A program made the translations under genes and the position numbers. A DNA stretch of 64,000 nucleotides from Vicugna vicugna (lineage: Eukaryota): the NCBI GenBank assembly GCA_013265495.1, contig MU057640.1, positions 1,559,303 through 1,623,302 of the forward strand, given 5' to 3'. Shown in pieces: positions 61,227-64,000 of the stretch. Numbering within the stretch: position 1 is the stretch's first letter; each line of letters opens with the position of its first letter. The notes below the pieces were generated by a model, which searched no databases, was not told the DNA's origin, and was given only the letters and a program-made list of their open reading frames with translations.

Positions 61227-64000
61227 AAGGGCTTCTTAAATTGCTAAAACATCTACCAAGTCATTGTTCTGAATAAAAACCCTTACCCAGAGAGAAACTC
61301 TACACAGCTCCTTTGTTAGTGAATCTTACAGAAAAATCAATGAGAGGTGGTGTTCTTAAAGGGACTGACAACAGACAAAACTGAGTCACCTTTGGACTGC
61401 TGCTGGTAAATAAATCTCTCTCCTTTCTTCATTCTCTGAGCTAGTTCTAATGTAAATTTGTTTAGGCTATTGTTGCTCTTCAGTTACATATTGACAGAAG
61501 GTGGGACAAAGTTTCCATAGCAATGTCATTTTCATTGCTTACCCAGACTATTCTGTCTGGATTTTACTGCTTTCTTGCACAGTGCAAAGGAAGGCAAGCC
61601 TGGAACCGCCCAGAACACTTGGCTTACACAATAACAGTGTCAACATACGTGCTCTTACCTCTGGTGTCCCTTATCTCTAGTGACAGAACACTGGAAGGCC
61701 AGAATCACCACCCTCCTCCGACCCTCACCTCACTCAAAAACATAATTATTGCAAGGTACTACTTGATTAAAATCCTAGAGTCCAATTAACAGAGAAAAAT
61801 GTTAACTAGGATGGGCTTCCTCTTAGAATAAAAGCATTCTGACAGTCAAGTACATTCAAGCAACTCAAAGATGGTCTTTAATGACTGTTTTTCTTTTTCC
61901 ACTTACTACAACTTTTCTGTAAGAGCCTTTAAAAAAAATTAAGATCAACAAAACAAAAAAGGAAGAAATAGAATAAAACAGAAGGTATTGCCCAGTCATT
62001 AAAATACACAAGCAATTATTTTCCATAGTAAAACACTGGACATCATGCATTAAAAAAGAAGGAATGAGGCACAGAAGTGAGGTTGTCACCGCAGAAACAC
62101 AATCACAGAGACGAGGGTACCAAGAATGAGCAACCCGACCAGCACACCCAAAGTGCACCAGAAATCCATAAAACCATCACACTGCAGTCACCACAAAGTA
62201 AGTCTGTTTAATCCAATAGTAATGCTACTTTATAATAAAGGTTATTTTTAATATTTCTAGGACTGAAAAGGTCATGAGCAAAGGCAAAGCTTTCTAAAGC
62301 TTCTGAAACCGATATCCACATGATTTTTCAAGCATTAACCTGTTAACGCCTTATGTCAACAAATATAAAAGTTCATAGCTATGTGACTGTATTTCCTATT
62401 TTTAAAAAACTATTTCTAATGTATTAATCAGCATTACCCCCAAATTAACAAAATCACTGAAGTTACCATTTCTTCTATAATCTAGCTGCTTCTAAATACA
62501 CTAATCAAGAATGCCGGTGTTGGGGCAGGGGCAGTATTTCAAACTCAGTAAATAAGTGACACATCAATGAATGCTTTATACTTTGTCCACATGCCAACCA
62601 CGCTATGGTAATAGACAATTATTAACTTTTTTCCCCCAGTTCTCCCAATTAAGACTGGGAAACTCCATTATTTCTCACATGTAATACATGCCTTAAGAGG
62701 CTTACGTGAGCAGCATATGAGTATCACTAAGCCACTATCACTTACATCTTTGGTCTTCAAGTGCCACAGACCTTGTTCAAGGAGGACCATAACCATTGAA
62801 GTATTTTGATGATTAAGAGATCAGACAGGGCTGGCTCTAAAAGTACTATAAAGTAGCCACATTATTCATACTCCACTTGAGATCATTTCCTTGCTTCCCA
62901 AGGCTAACAGCTATGGCTCTCCATTGAGGCCTACCATCTCTGCCACTGCTTTAGGCTTTAGATCTGTTCTGCCCTCCCTTCCAAAAAAACATAGGCCTAT
63001 ATCCTATTCCCTAAGGTCCTGTCCTCCAGATAAACTACAGTGAGCTAGCATGCCACAGGCAAACAACATCTCAAGATACGACTTCTGCAGTGATAATACC
63101 ATCAACTTAACAACAGTCCTTGGAAAGCATCCCAAAATACCGGGTTGGACACGGAGCAATTTAGAGGTCTGTGAGTTCCTAAGCGTCCTGCGTGTAACAG
63201 CAGAAAGCCTTTAGGCAGCTGTCTACGCTATTTGACTGGAGCTGGGCATGAAGGTGTTACGAAATGAGCATTGTGAAAACACAGGACAAGTTTACACCAT
63301 GAAAAATATTCAATTAAAAGCTATCTGCAGAAAGCATTCAATTACCAAAGGGCATAAACACAAACAGTTCAATTCCTGACTGCCCAAGAACACATTAATT
63401 ACATACTCAATGCACTGCTTTACACGGATGTCCTACTTCATAAATTTTTAAATACTTTCTTGTCTGTTACCTCAACAGCAAGATGCTGTTAACAGCTCTT
63501 GTGAAGTTTACATTTCCCATTTACTGGTGAAGAAACTAGCAATGTATTTAAATGATTTACCCAGATTAAAACAGTAACTCGGTGGCTTTTGAATCCTAAG
63601 TCTGGGAAATCTCTATTTCATGTCACAGGCCTAATGCGTTTATTTTCAAAAAGAAGGCTCTGAAAGAATATGGCAACAATTAAAAGACTCTCAAAATAGA
63701 AAAGATAATCATTTATAACAACATTTTATGCAACTGTTAGCCCCTCAACAAAAAATGACAACTATGAAAACTGGAAAATAGAAAATGTGTAACTTAATAC
63801 TCAATGTCTACAAAACCAAGCGCAAAGAAAGCAAACACCACTAAGACATTCTCATGTAAATGAAATGCACAGCAGGCAAAACATTAGTTTTCAAATCACT
63901 AAACCATACATAATGGACCCACCTACACACATTTTCTTTTTCCGATATGCAGCAAAAGATAATGCTGGACTAGTGTTTCACAACCTAAAGATCAGGTTAA

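Noticed and set aside
1..64000. The many 60-138 aa ORFs in the six-frame track as protein-coding genes
   Set aside because: They are short, often overlap on both strands, have low-complexity or repeat-derived composition and show no recognisable domains except L1 ORF2 and Tigger fragments. This is the expected background for mammalian non-coding DNA.
1..64000. CRISPR array, operon, prophage or other prokaryotic system
   Set aside because: No regularly spaced repeat-spacer array and no dense coding. Recurrent motifs are dispersed L1 3' ends and SINEs.

Overview
This is AT-rich, repeat-dense mammalian non-coding DNA. It is most likely camelid, because it carries nine tRNA-derived SINEs that fit the Vic-1 family, plus cetartiodactyl-type L1 3' ends. 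It looks like part of one long intron (or a few) of a gene transcribed on the minus strand; I cannot identify the gene. No real protein-coding gene is supportable: the only protein-like ORFs are decayed L1 ORF2 and Tigger7 transposase pieces. The window contains many 5'-truncated L1s, MIR/L2 relics, hAT elements (MER5, MER20, MER33), a Tigger1 derivative nested in MER44/Tigger7, and a full-length diverged U6 snRNA copy. I see no prokaryote-style system (CRISPR, operon or defence island). The best second-look items are: (1) a local duplication built from an inverted piece plus a direct piece joined at a hairpin (56.0 kb vs 57.4 kb); (2) an L1 with an apparent 3' transduction (22.0-22.9 kb); (3) the untailed U6 copy, which has a correctly spaced TATA and possible promoter remnants or a chimeric 3' partner; (4) a ~20-bp L1 insertion; and (5) several minus-strand candidate exons and splice motifs. 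Repeat family names come from recalled consensus sequences, not a database search. Boundaries of old repeats are approximate.
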